DNA from: a virus
Lineage: Duplodnaviria > Caudoviricetes
Direction: 5' to 3' (one strand)
Length of the DNA: 59,543 nt
Virus record (IMG/VR): IMGVR_UViG_3300003267_000070
Location: 1-59,543 of that record
Shown: piece after piece, positions 49,143 through 58,581 of the stretch
How the letters are laid out: each line of letters opens with the position of its first letter
How positions within the stretch are numbered: position 1 is the first letter of the stretch
Position numbers and translations under genes: made by a program
Notes under the pieces: generated by a model
Told to the model about the DNA's origin: nothing
The model's database searches: none
The model's input: only the letters and a program-made list of their open reading frames with translations

Positions 49143-49592
49143 ATGCCATTGCCAGCAGGATTCGAGACACTAATCTATCGAGGCCACTTTGAATGCGAGG
49201 TGGGCTTTGATCACGGTGACTCGCTACTCACTGCTCAACTTGGCGGTGGGCTTGAGGAATCTGAGGTCTTGTTTCCCAAACTGCGCTATGCGTCACTCTC
49301 TTATCCTACGCTGCACCGAGATGCGATGGTCCAAGTTGAGTCTGATCCTGACGTATTCGTAGATCGTCTAACCTACATTACCAGCTTCTACAACGAGCGT
49401 ATGGAAGCAGGCAACGAACCGTTTCTAATGAAGTTCCCGCTGGATAGTAAGTGGTATTTGTGGCGGTTTACAGAAACAAGTCTGACCGTGAATTTGATCG
49501 ATCTATTTATGGGAAGCAGTGGGTTGAGGTTGAAGGAATGCAGGGTTAGAGGGGTTGTTCCTGATGCTGATGGGAGCTTTGATGAAGGGTAG
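49143..49592 (+). CDS. Distal tail / minor tail protein
   Basis: Directly after tape measure; F...R......F pattern like lambda gpM. Confidence 0.6.
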   Translation: MPLPAGFETLIYRGHFECEVGFDHGDSLLTAQLGGGLEESEVLFPKLRYASLSYPTLHRDAMVQVESDPDVFVDRLTYITSFYNERMEAGNEPFLMKFPLDSKWYLWRFTETSLTVNLIDLFMGSSGLRLKECRVRGVVPDADGSFDEG

Positions 49593-49595
49593 TCA

Positions 49596-49811
49596 TCAGT
49601 TCACGGTCGCCGTTGCATGGATAATTTCGTCTTCGTCTGCGTCTGTTCGGTTTCGGATGATCAGATCTTTAGAGCACGACGAACAAACGGAAGGCGATTC
49701 ACTAAATAAACGAAAATAGGCAAACCAACCACAGGCACAACGGGCAACTACAACCGCTAGGGGCTTGTCTTGTTCGTCGCACCAAAGTTCAAGATCGTCG
49801 GAATTAGCCAT
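49596..49811 (-). CDS. Antisense zinc-ribbon microprotein (moron)
   Basis: CACG...CSSC; TATAAT 6 nt upstream of ATG; fills the gap between tail genes. Confidence 0.55.
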   Translation of the reverse strand: MANSDDLELWCDEQDKPLAVVVARCACGWFAYFRLFSESPSVCSSCSKDLIIRNRTDADEDEIIHATATVN

Positions 49812-49829
49812 AACGCGATTATAGATTAG

Positions 49830-52800
49830 ATGCCTGAGTACGATCCAACAATTCTAGCCAAGCTGGCAATCATTGAAAGCCTTCCACCTTCACGCCGAAA
49901 GATGGCTGAGGTCGTAGCGATTTATTGGCCTAGCCCCACAGGCACCATCGTTTACGCCTCCGCTGCTTACGATGAACTACCTAACCGTACGGGGCTAATT
50001 ACCGCGCTCGATGTCGAGCTTGGCTACACCGATCCAATCCTTATCAAGCTAAAACCCTCAAATCGCGCTCCACTGCTTTCCTTACCCCGAACTGCCAGTA
50101 TTGGTGATGACAAGATCGAGCTGACGTTTTCCGATCTTGATGGTGAATTTTCCGAGTTGCTAATGACGTATGGTGAGGGAATACGAATTCAAGTTTTCAA
50201 CTTCTGGAATGCGCAACCTGAAGGTGACGACCCCTTCGACTTACTTTTGAGCGCATGGCGGGGCAGTCTGCACGCCCCTAACGAATATAATCGTCCCGAG
50301 GTCAAGATATCGGCGGCAGTCGGGTTCCGAAGCGCGCAACTACAAATCCCACGACAGCCAAACGCGGTCTCGTGTCCGTTCATCTTCGGAGCGCATCTCA
50401 ATAGTCAGACAGAAATTGACTACCATCAGGGATGTCCCTACAACCGACATATTGGCGGCAGTATCGGCGTGCCGGGATTTACCGACTGCCCGCGCACAAC
50501 TCTTGCCGTCTGCGTGGAACGCCTCGCAACCGAAAACTACTGGCCCGGCATCAACATTCGCCCCGATCCAATCCCGAACAATCAAACAGTTGGTCCAAAC
50601 TTGCTTGCCTACGCCCTCGGTAATCAGTCCGCGCTAGGGCAACCAATTCGCGTTATCATCGGCTATCGCCACGCCAAGGCGCTGTTACTTCTCGCCTTCC
50701 GTCCAGAGTACAACAACAACCATCCCGATGACGCATTTGCCGCGGCGTTGTTTGAAGCGTGTAAAGGGCCGATTCAAGGCTTTGCCGGATTTCGCATCAA
50801 CGATGAGCTGGTAGGAGCGGAACACTTGCAACAACGCCTCGGTACGCTGCCTCAAACTCCTACCGACTGGAGTCCTGATGTTGAGGCGTTTGCCGGCACC
50901 GCGATCACCTGGGGCAGGATTCAAACGAACGTGCTCGACATGCGGGTTGAAGATGTGACCGGCTCAGTCTATGTCACCGGCCTAAACAACATCCGCATTT
51001 ACACCAACGAGGACTCGTTTACGCAAGGCTATACCACAAACCGCATGTGGGGCCTGCTTGAGATGTACTGCAATCCTCAGTGGGGTTATGGAGTCGATTA
51101 CTCGCGCGTGCTGATTGAGTCCGTGATCGAGGTAGCGGACTGGTGCGATGAAGTGGTCGCCATGAACGACCCAAACGGCAACACGTTCGGCGGCGTACGG
51201 TCCACGCTCAACGTTGAACTGACCGCACGCCCAACTCAACAGCAAATCAAAGACGTATGCACAGCGGGCAGGATCGGCCTTCCGTTTGAATGGAATAGTA
51301 AGGATGTCTTCGTGCCCCTGCGGACTGAATCACTGGTTGGCGTACCCGAATTCACCGACGAAGGCGCGAATCGGAACATTGTCTACGACGGTGTGAATTC
51401 AACCCTTGAATGGTCGCAGGTCAGTGACGCGGAACTTACTAACCAGTGGACGGTGAACTTCGATGACGAAGCAGGCGGGCAGTTCATCGACACGCAACTT
51501 ATCTTCGGTGACCAGTTACAACAACTACGAGCCGGCAGAGCGTGGGGCGATCGGAGTAGGCGCGTTATCAACAAAGGTCAGGCCGCATTCGGCATCACCA
51601 ACTTTCTCGAGGCGGCACGGCTCGGCAACACGCTCCTATACCTTGGCCCACTCGACACAGGCGGTATTGCGAACAACTGCAAGGTGAAGTTCACCACTTG
51701 GTACTCGAAGTGCTTCAACGTTCAGCCTTACAAGTTGATCCGTGTTCTTAATACAAAACTACAGGAGCATTTAACCCTCTACTCCGATGCGCGATTCGGC
51801 TCACGCCCCGACATCTACCCTTGGTACACGAGTACGCCCTACTCCTACTTCCGGGTGATGAAGATTGAGCGCAAGGGGGATTTGAAGGTTGAGATTGAGG
51901 CGCAACTTTACCCGGAGGACTACTACGTAAGTTTGGACGGATCAGCGGGTGAGTGTAGTACGTCATTTGCTGATGATAGCGCCCACTTCGGAGTTAACTT
52001 CGAGTTTGACGTCAGTGCGGAGTTACCGTTAACTGAAGGTAATGTAATCCTTGCGTTTCTCGTTGGCAGTATCGTAGACACCCCTGGCCCGCCTGCCAGA
52101 TGGACAGAAATCGACCTGTCACCTGTGGACGCAGTCGAGTTCACCTTCTTCACCGCCATGTGGGGCTACTGGCATGTTGTAACGGCTGACGATCCCGGTG
52201 TCTATGACTTTACGAATGAAGACGAACCGGAATCATCAGGGTGGTCAGCGAACTTTGTTGAGTATGCCAACGTGCATCCTACGGCACCCATTGCGGATGT
52301 CAGTAAGAACTCCAACGGCAACGCAACGCCGGTGCTAACTCTGCCCTCGGTTGATGTCGCCCAAACAGGCTATCGCTTGTTGGTAGCGACAGCGAACCAA
52401 ATCGTAACCGCGCCTACTGTGGACACATTTACGCAGCGCACTGATGGACCGATGTACGTGTTTGACAAGTCAGCCGTGACTGGCGTAACTGGTGAAGTTG
52501 ACGTTGAGTCGGCTAACGAATTCGGCACGGGATGGGACCTAGGCTTCTTAATTGCACTGCGATGCTCAGGAGGGCTAACTCCACCGCCTGCACCCGACAC
52601 GGAACCGGGCGATCCCGAGCTTGAACTAGGACAAGAGACGGTTGCGGGAACACTAGGACCGGAAGTACGCATACACGGCACGGTTACTTTCCCGGCCTTC
52701 CACTTGCCCCTGCGCGCGGACATCTTTGTCACCCCGCCCGGTGGCGTGGAAACGCTGATTGAAGACAACCTTGCACCGCTGGTCGGTTCCGTGACCGCGC

Positions 52801-52991
52801 AGTTTGACTATACGCCAACGGCGGGCTCAGGCGAGTACTGCTTCAGGGTGACGGTGGAAACAGCGGAAGAAGCACCGACAGCCGGCGGTGAAGTAACGGA
52901 GTGCGTAACGATTACGGAAGTCATGGAAGTGTTCGACGTTGATTTCAGTCCTGTTTTAGACTTGGATCTGAGTGCGGTGTTTGACGTATAA
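49830..52991 (+). CDS. Tail tip / baseplate hub-host specificity protein
   Basis: 1053 aa; 4-Cys cluster (CPF..., CPY, CPR, C) like gpL-type tips; N.MW.L...Y....WGYG, A.WCDE gpJ-like motifs. Confidence 0.8.
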   Translation: MPEYDPTILAKLAIIESLPPSRRKMAEVVAIYWPSPTGTIVYASAAYDELPNRTGLITALDVELGYTDPILIKLKPSNRAPLLSLPRTASIGDDKIELTFSDLDGEFSELLMTYGEGIRIQVFNFWNAQPEGDDPFDLLLSAWRGSLHAPNEYNRPEVKISAAVGFRSAQLQIPRQPNAVSCPFIFGAHLNSQTEIDYHQGCPYNRHIGGSIGVPGFTDCPRTTLAVCVERLATENYWPGINIRPDPIPNNQTVGPNLLAYALGNQSALGQPIRVIIGYRHAKALLLLAFRPEYNNNHPDDAFAAALFEACKGPIQGFAGFRINDELVGAEHLQQRLGTLPQTPTDWSPDVEAFAGTAITWGRIQTNVLDMRVEDVTGSVYVTGLNNIRIYTNEDSFTQGYTTNRMWGLLEMYCNPQWGYGVDYSRVLIESVIEVADWCDEVVAMNDPNGNTFGGVRSTLNVELTARPTQQQIKDVCTAGRIGLPFEWNSKDVFVPLRTESLVGVPEFTDEGANRNIVYDGVNSTLEWSQVSDAELTNQWTVNFDDEAGGQFIDTQLIFGDQLQQLRAGRAWGDRSRRVINKGQAAFGITNFLEAARLGNTLLYLGPLDTGGIANNCKVKFTTWYSKCFNVQPYKLIRVLNTKLQEHLTLYSDARFGSRPDIYPWYTSTPYSYFRVMKIERKGDLKVEIEAQLYPEDYYVSLDGSAGECSTSFADDSAHFGVNFEFDVSAELPLTEGNVILAFLVGSIVDTPGPPARWTEIDLSPVDAVEFTFFTAMWGYWHVVTADDPGVYDFTNEDEPESSGWSANFVEYANVHPTAPIADVSKNSNGNATPVLTLPSVDVAQTGYRLLVATANQIVTAPTVDTFTQRTDGPMYVFDKSAVTGVTGEVDVESANEFGTGWDLGFLIALRCSGGLTPPPAPDTEPGDPELELGQETVAGTLGPEVRIHGTVTFPAFHLPLRADIFVTPPGGVETLIEDNLAPLVGSVTAQFDYTPTAGSGEYCFRVTVETAEEAPTAGGEVTECVTITEVMEVFDVDFSPVLDLDLSAVFDV

Positions 52992-53000
52992 AGGAGCGAT

Positions 53001-53837
53001 ATGGCAGGCACACTTGTAGTTGATCTGATCGGCGTACCGCGCGCCTTCTACTTTCAGTCGGCAGATCCGGCGATTGCCAACCCAACGCATCTGCGAACGG
53101 GTATCCACTGGATTGACACCGCCTCTGGTCCGTACGTATGGAAGCGACGCAATGCGGCTAACGACGGCTGGGATACGTTGGGGAAGATACGTACCGACGT
53201 ACAGTTTAACGCCGACGTTGATGCGCGTATTGCGGCAACAAAGCTGGACGATCTAGCGACTCCTGACGACAACGCGGACCTGAACGCTTCGACGACATGT
53301 CATGGCTTGCTGCCCAAACTCAACAATAGCGCTACGTCATTCCTAAACGGACAAGGCGCATGGGCGACACCCGCAGGTGCGGGCGACGTAGTTGGACCAT
53401 CGAGTTCCGTTGATTCCGAGATTGCTCTCTTCAACGGTACGACGGGGAAGTTAATCAAACGCGCAACCACCACAGGTCTGCTAAAGGCAACCTCCGGGGT
53501 TATAGCGGCGGCGGTAGCGGGAACCGACTACGCCGAACCAACAGCCTCCATCAATGCTCAAACCGGCACGACCTACACATTGCAAGCAGGCGACAATGGC
53601 AAGATTGTGACATGTTCAAACGCTTCACCGATCACTGTTACCATCCCCTCCGGTTTAGGGGCGGGGTTTAATTGTCTGGTAATCCAACTCGGCGCAGGAC
53701 AGGTAGCGTTCTCACCGTCATCGACAACGATTAATAATCGACAGTCCCATACAAAGATCGCAGGACAGTATGGCGTTGCAACACTCGCAGCCTACGTAGC
53801 GAACACGTTTGTACTTGGAGGGGACACGGCGGCATGA
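53001..53837 (+). CDS. Tail fibre protein
   Basis: LDDLATPDDN.DLNAST..HGLLPKL, GDVVGPSSSVDSEIALFNGTTGK, INAQTGTTYTL...DNGK modules. Confidence 0.8.
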   Translation: MAGTLVVDLIGVPRAFYFQSADPAIANPTHLRTGIHWIDTASGPYVWKRRNAANDGWDTLGKIRTDVQFNADVDARIAATKLDDLATPDDNADLNASTTCHGLLPKLNNSATSFLNGQGAWATPAGAGDVVGPSSSVDSEIALFNGTTGKLIKRATTTGLLKATSGVIAAAVAGTDYAEPTASINAQTGTTYTLQAGDNGKIVTCSNASPITVTIPSGLGAGFNCLVIQLGAGQVAFSPSSTTINNRQSHTKIAGQYGVATLAAYVANTFVLGGDTAA

Positions 53838-54604
53838 GTATCGTACTGCCGGCTTATCAGGGATGCTTTAAGCCGGTGGCGGCAGTTGGCGGCAGCGGTC
53901 CCGGCGGTGTCACCGGCCTTGAGTTCTGGCTCGACGCGTCACAGGAGACAGGATTCAGTAACGGTGACGAAGTGAGTACGGCGCAGGACTGGTCGGGGAA
54001 TAACCGGGATGCGACAGGCGTTGTCAGTGCGGTGCTCAAACCAACCTACCGCGCCACTGACGGGCCAAGCGGCTTACCGGCGTTCAGAATGCAAAGTAAC
54101 GCAACCGAGCAGGGCGGGTACTTCACTCTGCCTGATTTCCTTAACGGGTTTACCGCAGGACACCACTTCACGGTAGTTAAACTGGACATAGAACCGGATA
54201 GTAACTCCCGCGCGGGCCCACCGCTGGGGGATTGGGGCACGTCCACCCTGCCTGAATTCTACACCCTACCCTCCGGTGGAAAGATCTGGTCTGAATGGGG
54301 TTCAACCGTACGACATGAGACGGTGAACCCGACAGCGGATCTAACCCTCTGGCATGTGTACGAAGAGCGCTCGGCATCCGGTGTGTGGTCCAACTGGATT
54401 GACGGAGCGATGCAGTTCAGTACGGGAACCAATACCGTAAGCTGGGGTACGGCTCCCAAAATTGGCCGTCACGGCATCGGGGGTATAACAACGCTGTTTG
54501 GAATGATTGCCGAGGTGCTCTTTTACGATCGCGTTCTCGACTCTAGTGAGATTCAAGCGATCTATGACTACTTGGAGACAAAGTACGCGATTACGCTACC
54601 GTAA
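53834..54604 (+). CDS. LamG/ConA-like lectin-fold receptor-binding protein
   Basis: GLEFWLDA...DWSGN..; G.IAEVLFYDRVL...E...I..YL..KY. Confidence 0.8.
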   Translation: MSIVLPAYQGCFKPVAAVGGSGPGGVTGLEFWLDASQETGFSNGDEVSTAQDWSGNNRDATGVVSAVLKPTYRATDGPSGLPAFRMQSNATEQGGYFTLPDFLNGFTAGHHFTVVKLDIEPDSNSRAGPPLGDWGTSTLPEFYTLPSGGKIWSEWGSTVRHETVNPTADLTLWHVYEERSASGVWSNWIDGAMQFSTGTNTVSWGTAPKIGRHGIGGITTLFGMIAEVLFYDRVLDSSEIQAIYDYLETKYAITLP

Positions 54605-54653
54605 GTCGTAGCCGGTCAACTGCAAACGTTTAGCAACGTTTCCGACATACTCG

Positions 54654-54662
54654 TGTTACACT
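54654..54662 (+). promoter_or_regulatory. Extended -10 element TGTTACACT (copy 3)
   Basis: Intergenic; AAACGTT-TAGC-AACGTTT inverted repeat at 54624-54641. Confidence 0.6.
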
Positions 54663-54682
54663 GGCCCATGGAGGTGCGTCGG

Positions 54683-57334
54683 ATGCGTCTATTATTCTCA
54701 CTGTTGCTGGTGTTATTCGTCTCTGTTATCACCCAAGCCCAGGGGGCCATTGCCGTACCTGCCGGCGGCAACCTTCAGGCAGCAATCAATAACGCGAAGC
54801 GTGGCGACAAAATTGTTCTTGAGGCAGGCGCAACCTACGTAGGCAACTTTAACCTGATCAATAAAGGTCCATGTACGGGAGCCGAATCAGAATTCATCAC
54901 GATCACCACGAGCGATCCGTCCGGTACGCCTCAAGCACTCTTTGGTTATCCGCAGCACGACATACGAATTACCGCGCAGATGGCGGCACGGATGCCGAAG
55001 GTGCTAACACCAAATTCCTCCCCGGCGTTCTGGGTTAATGCGGGCGCTGGTTGTTATCGCCTCAAGGGGCTGGACATCAGCAATACTGATACCAGCGGCA
55101 CGGTGATTCGCTTAATCGGCTTTGGAGAACAGATCCCGCCGGACCGCAACTTGTACCCTTCGCATATTGTCATTGAGCAGAACCTGATTCGTCCCCGTGA
55201 GGAAGATGGCTCGCCCTACAGCACGCAAACACTGCGGCGCTCGGCAGAGAACGGCATCTACGCGGAGGGGACCAATTGGACCATCCAGCAGAACGCGATT
55301 CAGGGATTTGTAAGCGATACCGCCAAGGGTACGGCGTTCGCCGGTATTCTTATCACCACTTGGGCCGACAATTTTAAAATCAGGAACAATCTAGTTGAAG
55401 CGTGGACTTACGCGTGGTTAATCGGTGGAGGCGGCGGGCTGTTCCCGGACCCGTTTCAGACTGCAACCGTATCTCAGTGCACCGCGACGTCCTGCGTCTT
55501 CTCCCATACGAACGGTATCACGGTGGGGATGCCCGTGGCGGTCTTTGTTTACGAGGCCGTGGATAACATTGGTGTTAATCGAAAGTGGTGGGGCAATGCG
55601 TATGTTGCGTCAACTGACGGCCGGATAGTCAACTTCGCTAAGCCGTTATGTACGGCAGGCAATGACCCGCTCGAGAACACTTGCCTTCCTTTTGATCCTT
55701 CCAAGAACCTACGAACTATTCCACTAGACGGCTCGCAGGTGCGATGGGGAGGATTCCAGCCGCAGAACATCACGATTCAACGTAACCTGTTACCCCATCG
55801 ACCCGAGTGGACCAATCTTCTTGGTCAATGTGGGGGTAAGGGTTACTTCGAACTTAAGACCGGGCTGAACATCTTAATTGAGGGTAATCGGTTCAAGGGG
55901 TGTGATGGGTTTACGATCACTGCGCGGAACCAAACAGGCTCAGACCCTTTCAGCGCACTGCACGGCCTCACCGTCAGGAGCAACTATTTAGAGAACGGCA
56001 ACAATAACCTCAACGCCTTCCTGCAAGACAACAGGTTTCTAACAGCACGGAGCCGTAATGTCACCTTCGACAATAATCTCGTCGTGGGCCAGTTCACCAA
56101 CCCCGGACGCACGGACGCCTATATCTCCGTAAACTTCTCCGGTGGTGAGAATACGAGAGTGACACGTAACACGATCTTAGTAGGTAATCAAATCAGCTTC
56201 CAGTCATTTGCTCCGAACACGATGATCGGGCTGGTGATGCAGGACAATATCTTTCGCGCAGCCATCAACGCGTGCTGGGACTACTCAAGCGGGCGTGAGG
56301 TAGGAGCGGCGCTCCCGGTGTGCTGGCCCGGCGCACAGGTAAATGGAAACGTGCTGGTGTCGATTGACCGCTGGAGGCCGGACGAGATCGCACACTGGTG
56401 GACAAACCATCACCCGAACAACACGGTACTGAGTTCAATTAGCGCGGTAGGGTTTATGGCACCGGATGCGGGACTGACAGCAGCGGGGAACTATCGACTG
56501 TTGCCGACCAGTCCATTCGTCGGCAAAGGAGTTAACGACCCTGAGCTAATCGCGGCCCTTGGATACGATCCCAATAGTGGTCAGCCTGCTCCGTCGCCGC
56601 TACCAACGCCCAGTTCCACACCGACACCAACACCTGCACCACTTCCAACACCCGTTCCCAGCCCTTCACCTGCGCCAACGCCCACAGTAACCCCGACACC
56701 GGTGCCTACTCCTACTCCGCAGCCAACCCCGCCGCCATCAGGTCAGGTCGCACTTGAGGGTGTCGTATTCTCGGTACTGGACGGCTCTCGGTTCTCGTTT
56801 ACAAAGGTGGTGCTGACTAAACCGGACGGGACACGACTTGGCGAATTTCCCACAGAGGACGGATCTTACGGGTTTATCGTTCCGGTAGGAAGTTATCAGG
56901 TATTCGTAGAACAGGACGGATACAACACCTCGCCAAGTAGGATTAGCGTGAACGCAACTGAAACCACCGGCGGGCTCAGTATCCTGAACTTCACCATTGG
57001 TCCTGGTTCCTGGTTTAAGCCAGGACCGGAAATGTGCGTACCCGGTCCATGTGCACAACCGAGTTCAAGTCCGACCCCGACACCAACACCGCAGCCTTCG
57101 CCGCAGCCGACACCAGTGCCAAGTCCTAGTCCCGGTCCTACGCCCATGCCGACGCCGACCCCAACTCCGGTGCCGACGCCTTTACCAACGCCGACGCCAA
57201 CGCCGACACCCTCACCACTGCCTAGCCCTACACCTACCCCCTTGCGCTGGTGCGTCAGCGGTGAACGTCCGGGGAATCCACCCGTCTGTCGTTGTCGTAA
57301 CGGCATGCTGGGCAACAGCGGCAAGTGTCGCTGA
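54683..57334 (+). CDS. Secreted right-handed beta-helix (pectin lyase-like fold) protein with Pro/Thr linkers
   Basis: GGAGG SD; signal peptide ending TQA/Q; V.AGGNLQAAIN.A..GD.I.L; Asn-ladder repeats; Ig-like domain between PT linkers; Cys-rich tail. Confidence 0.75.
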   Translation: MRLLFSLLLVLFVSVITQAQGAIAVPAGGNLQAAINNAKRGDKIVLEAGATYVGNFNLINKGPCTGAESEFITITTSDPSGTPQALFGYPQHDIRITAQMAARMPKVLTPNSSPAFWVNAGAGCYRLKGLDISNTDTSGTVIRLIGFGEQIPPDRNLYPSHIVIEQNLIRPREEDGSPYSTQTLRRSAENGIYAEGTNWTIQQNAIQGFVSDTAKGTAFAGILITTWADNFKIRNNLVEAWTYAWLIGGGGGLFPDPFQTATVSQCTATSCVFSHTNGITVGMPVAVFVYEAVDNIGVNRKWWGNAYVASTDGRIVNFAKPLCTAGNDPLENTCLPFDPSKNLRTIPLDGSQVRWGGFQPQNITIQRNLLPHRPEWTNLLGQCGGKGYFELKTGLNILIEGNRFKGCDGFTITARNQTGSDPFSALHGLTVRSNYLENGNNNLNAFLQDNRFLTARSRNVTFDNNLVVGQFTNPGRTDAYISVNFSGGENTRVTRNTILVGNQISFQSFAPNTMIGLVMQDNIFRAAINACWDYSSGREVGAALPVCWPGAQVNGNVLVSIDRWRPDEIAHWWTNHHPNNTVLSSISAVGFMAPDAGLTAAGNYRLLPTSPFVGKGVNDPELIAALGYDPNSGQPAPSPLPTPSSTPTPTPAPLPTPVPSPSPAPTPTVTPTPVPTPTPQPTPPPSGQVALEGVVFSVLDGSRFSFTKVVLTKPDGTRLGEFPTEDGSYGFIVPVGSYQVFVEQDGYNTSPSRISVNATETTGGLSILNFTIGPGSWFKPGPEMCVPGPCAQPSSSPTPTPTPQPSPQPTPVPSPSPGPTPMPTPTPTPVPTPLPTPTPTPTPSPLPSPTPTPLRWCVSGERPGNPPVCRCRNGMLGNSGKCR
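56581..56740 (+). repeat. Pro/Thr/Ser linker repeat 1 (coding)
   Basis: (PT/PS)n. Confidence 0.85.
57055..57240 (+). repeat. Pro/Thr/Ser linker repeat 2 (coding)
   Basis: (PT/PS)n. Confidence 0.85.
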
Positions 57335-57361
57335 TTATTGGTTACAACCAGTGTTTATGCG

Positions 57362-57370
57362 TGTTACACT
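57362..57370 (+). promoter_or_regulatory. Extended -10 element TGTTACACT (copy 4)
   Basis: Intergenic; TGGTT-AC-AACCA inverted repeat at 57339-57350. Confidence 0.6.
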
Positions 57371-57396
57371 GCAAGGAATTGAAAGGACGGCCCAAT

Positions 57397-57900
57397 ATGG
57401 ATCGACGGCAGTTTGCAAAGCGAGGGGTGCTGACGATAGTTGGTCTTGGTTTGACTTCGACCGCCTTCAAGTGCGGTAGTAAGTCGGTTACCTTCTACGT
57501 CTCCACTATCTCGTCGTTCCTTAACGAGCTGGGGACATTGATCCCGGCGCAGGCCGGTTTCATTGGTAAGATCGTCAAAGTAGCAGCGGATTTCGATGCG
57601 GCATATCAGCGTGGCGACTTTGCTAACGCTTCCACCTTCTTCAATACGATGGTCGAGAACATTACGACGCTGACGAACGATCTGGGTGTGACCCTGAGTG
57701 ACCGAGGGAAGATGCTGCTGTCGGTGGTGAGTGTCACGGTGCGGACGATTGCGGTTTTACTAAGAGATGAAGGCGCGACGCAACCGGCGGCGATCAGTTC
57801 GGCCCGCGCTACTTCCCCCGCCGCATCCAAGGCGATTGGTGCGATCCGAACACTGGCGGCGGGAGCGGGTGAGACGTTCGCGGCAACCAAACTCAACTAA
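57397..57900 (+). CDS. Twin-arginine (Tat) signal protein, possibly lipoprotein, helical
   Basis: AAAGGA SD; MDRRQFAK + hydrophobic stretch + Cys. Confidence 0.65.
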   Translation: MDRRQFAKRGVLTIVGLGLTSTAFKCGSKSVTFYVSTISSFLNELGTLIPAQAGFIGKIVKVAADFDAAYQRGDFANASTFFNTMVENITTLTNDLGVTLSDRGKMLLSVVSVTVRTIAVLLRDEGATQPAAISSARATSPAASKAIGAIRTLAAGAGETFAATKLN

Positions 57901-57947
57901 GCCCCATGTGCTGGTCTACTCTCCGGCGCTGGTTACGAGGTAAGCAA

Positions 57948-58214
57948 ATGGCGCGTTTTACAATGGACCCCGATCAATTCGTCCGGCTGGAGCAAAGACT
58001 GGCCGAGTCTCAGGTGGCGGTGGATCGGCTAACCGAGACGGTAATGAAGTCGTCTCAGGACACGAGTAAGTGGCTGGCCCTGCTGGTCCAGTCGTTAAGT
58101 GACGACGCGGACAATCCAACACAGGAACAGATTGATGAACTAGCAGCGCAAATTAACGCTTCGTCCGATACGACGGAGCAGGCGGTTAACGAGCAAAACG
58201 AAGGAGGTCAATAA
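57948..58214 (+). CDS. Acidic coiled-coil hypothetical protein
   Basis: GAGG SD before ATG 57948; heptad pattern. Confidence 0.6.
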   Translation: MARFTMDPDQFVRLEQRLAESQVAVDRLTETVMKSSQDTSKWLALLVQSLSDDADNPTQEQIDELAAQINASSDTTEQAVNEQNEGGQ

Positions 58215-58474
58215 TGGCAGTTGATTTAACGGGACTTAGAGATGCGGTGGCGCGTAATAATACGGTTGATGCTTCCGCGGTGGAGTTGATTCGAGGTATT
58301 GCAAGGAGAATCGAGGAAGCGATTGCAGCGGATGACATTGGCGATGCAGCGAATATCAATGCGCTGGTGACGGAATTAAACTCCTCCACTGATAGCCTTG
58401 CGGGAGCGGTTACAGAGGGTACGCCAACCTCAGGCGGTGGCGAAGGCGGCGGCACCGCGGAACCAACGGCTTAA
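58214..58474 (+). CDS. Ala-rich helical phage protein of unknown function
   Basis: AAGGAGG SD; L..L...VA.N.TV.ASAV.LI.GIA.......L...L......LA.AV...TP. Confidence 0.7.
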   Translation: MAVDLTGLRDAVARNNTVDASAVELIRGIARRIEEAIAADDIGDAANINALVTELNSSTDSLAGAVTEGTPTSGGGEGGGTAEPTA

Positions 58475-58559
58475 CTCGATACCTCGCGGTGCCGCCGCAG
58501 TAGCCCGGGTTGACGCTGGGGAGACACGTCGATCCGGCAGGCGGGGCGGCACCGCAGGT
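58446..58559 (+). promoter_or_regulatory. Mutually exclusive RNA stems (attenuator/switch-like) upstream of the PAS gene
   Basis: 58485-58498 pairs either with 58446-58459 (14 bp) or with 58545-58555 (11 bp); inner 11-bp stem 58505-58537. Confidence 0.6.
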
Positions 58560-58581
58560 CAATCAGCAACCCTACCTCTAA

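Noticed and set aside
56581-57240. Pro/Thr repeats as DGR or VNTR element
   Set aside because: Synonymous codons vary, so the repeat is at protein level; no reverse transcriptase in the genome
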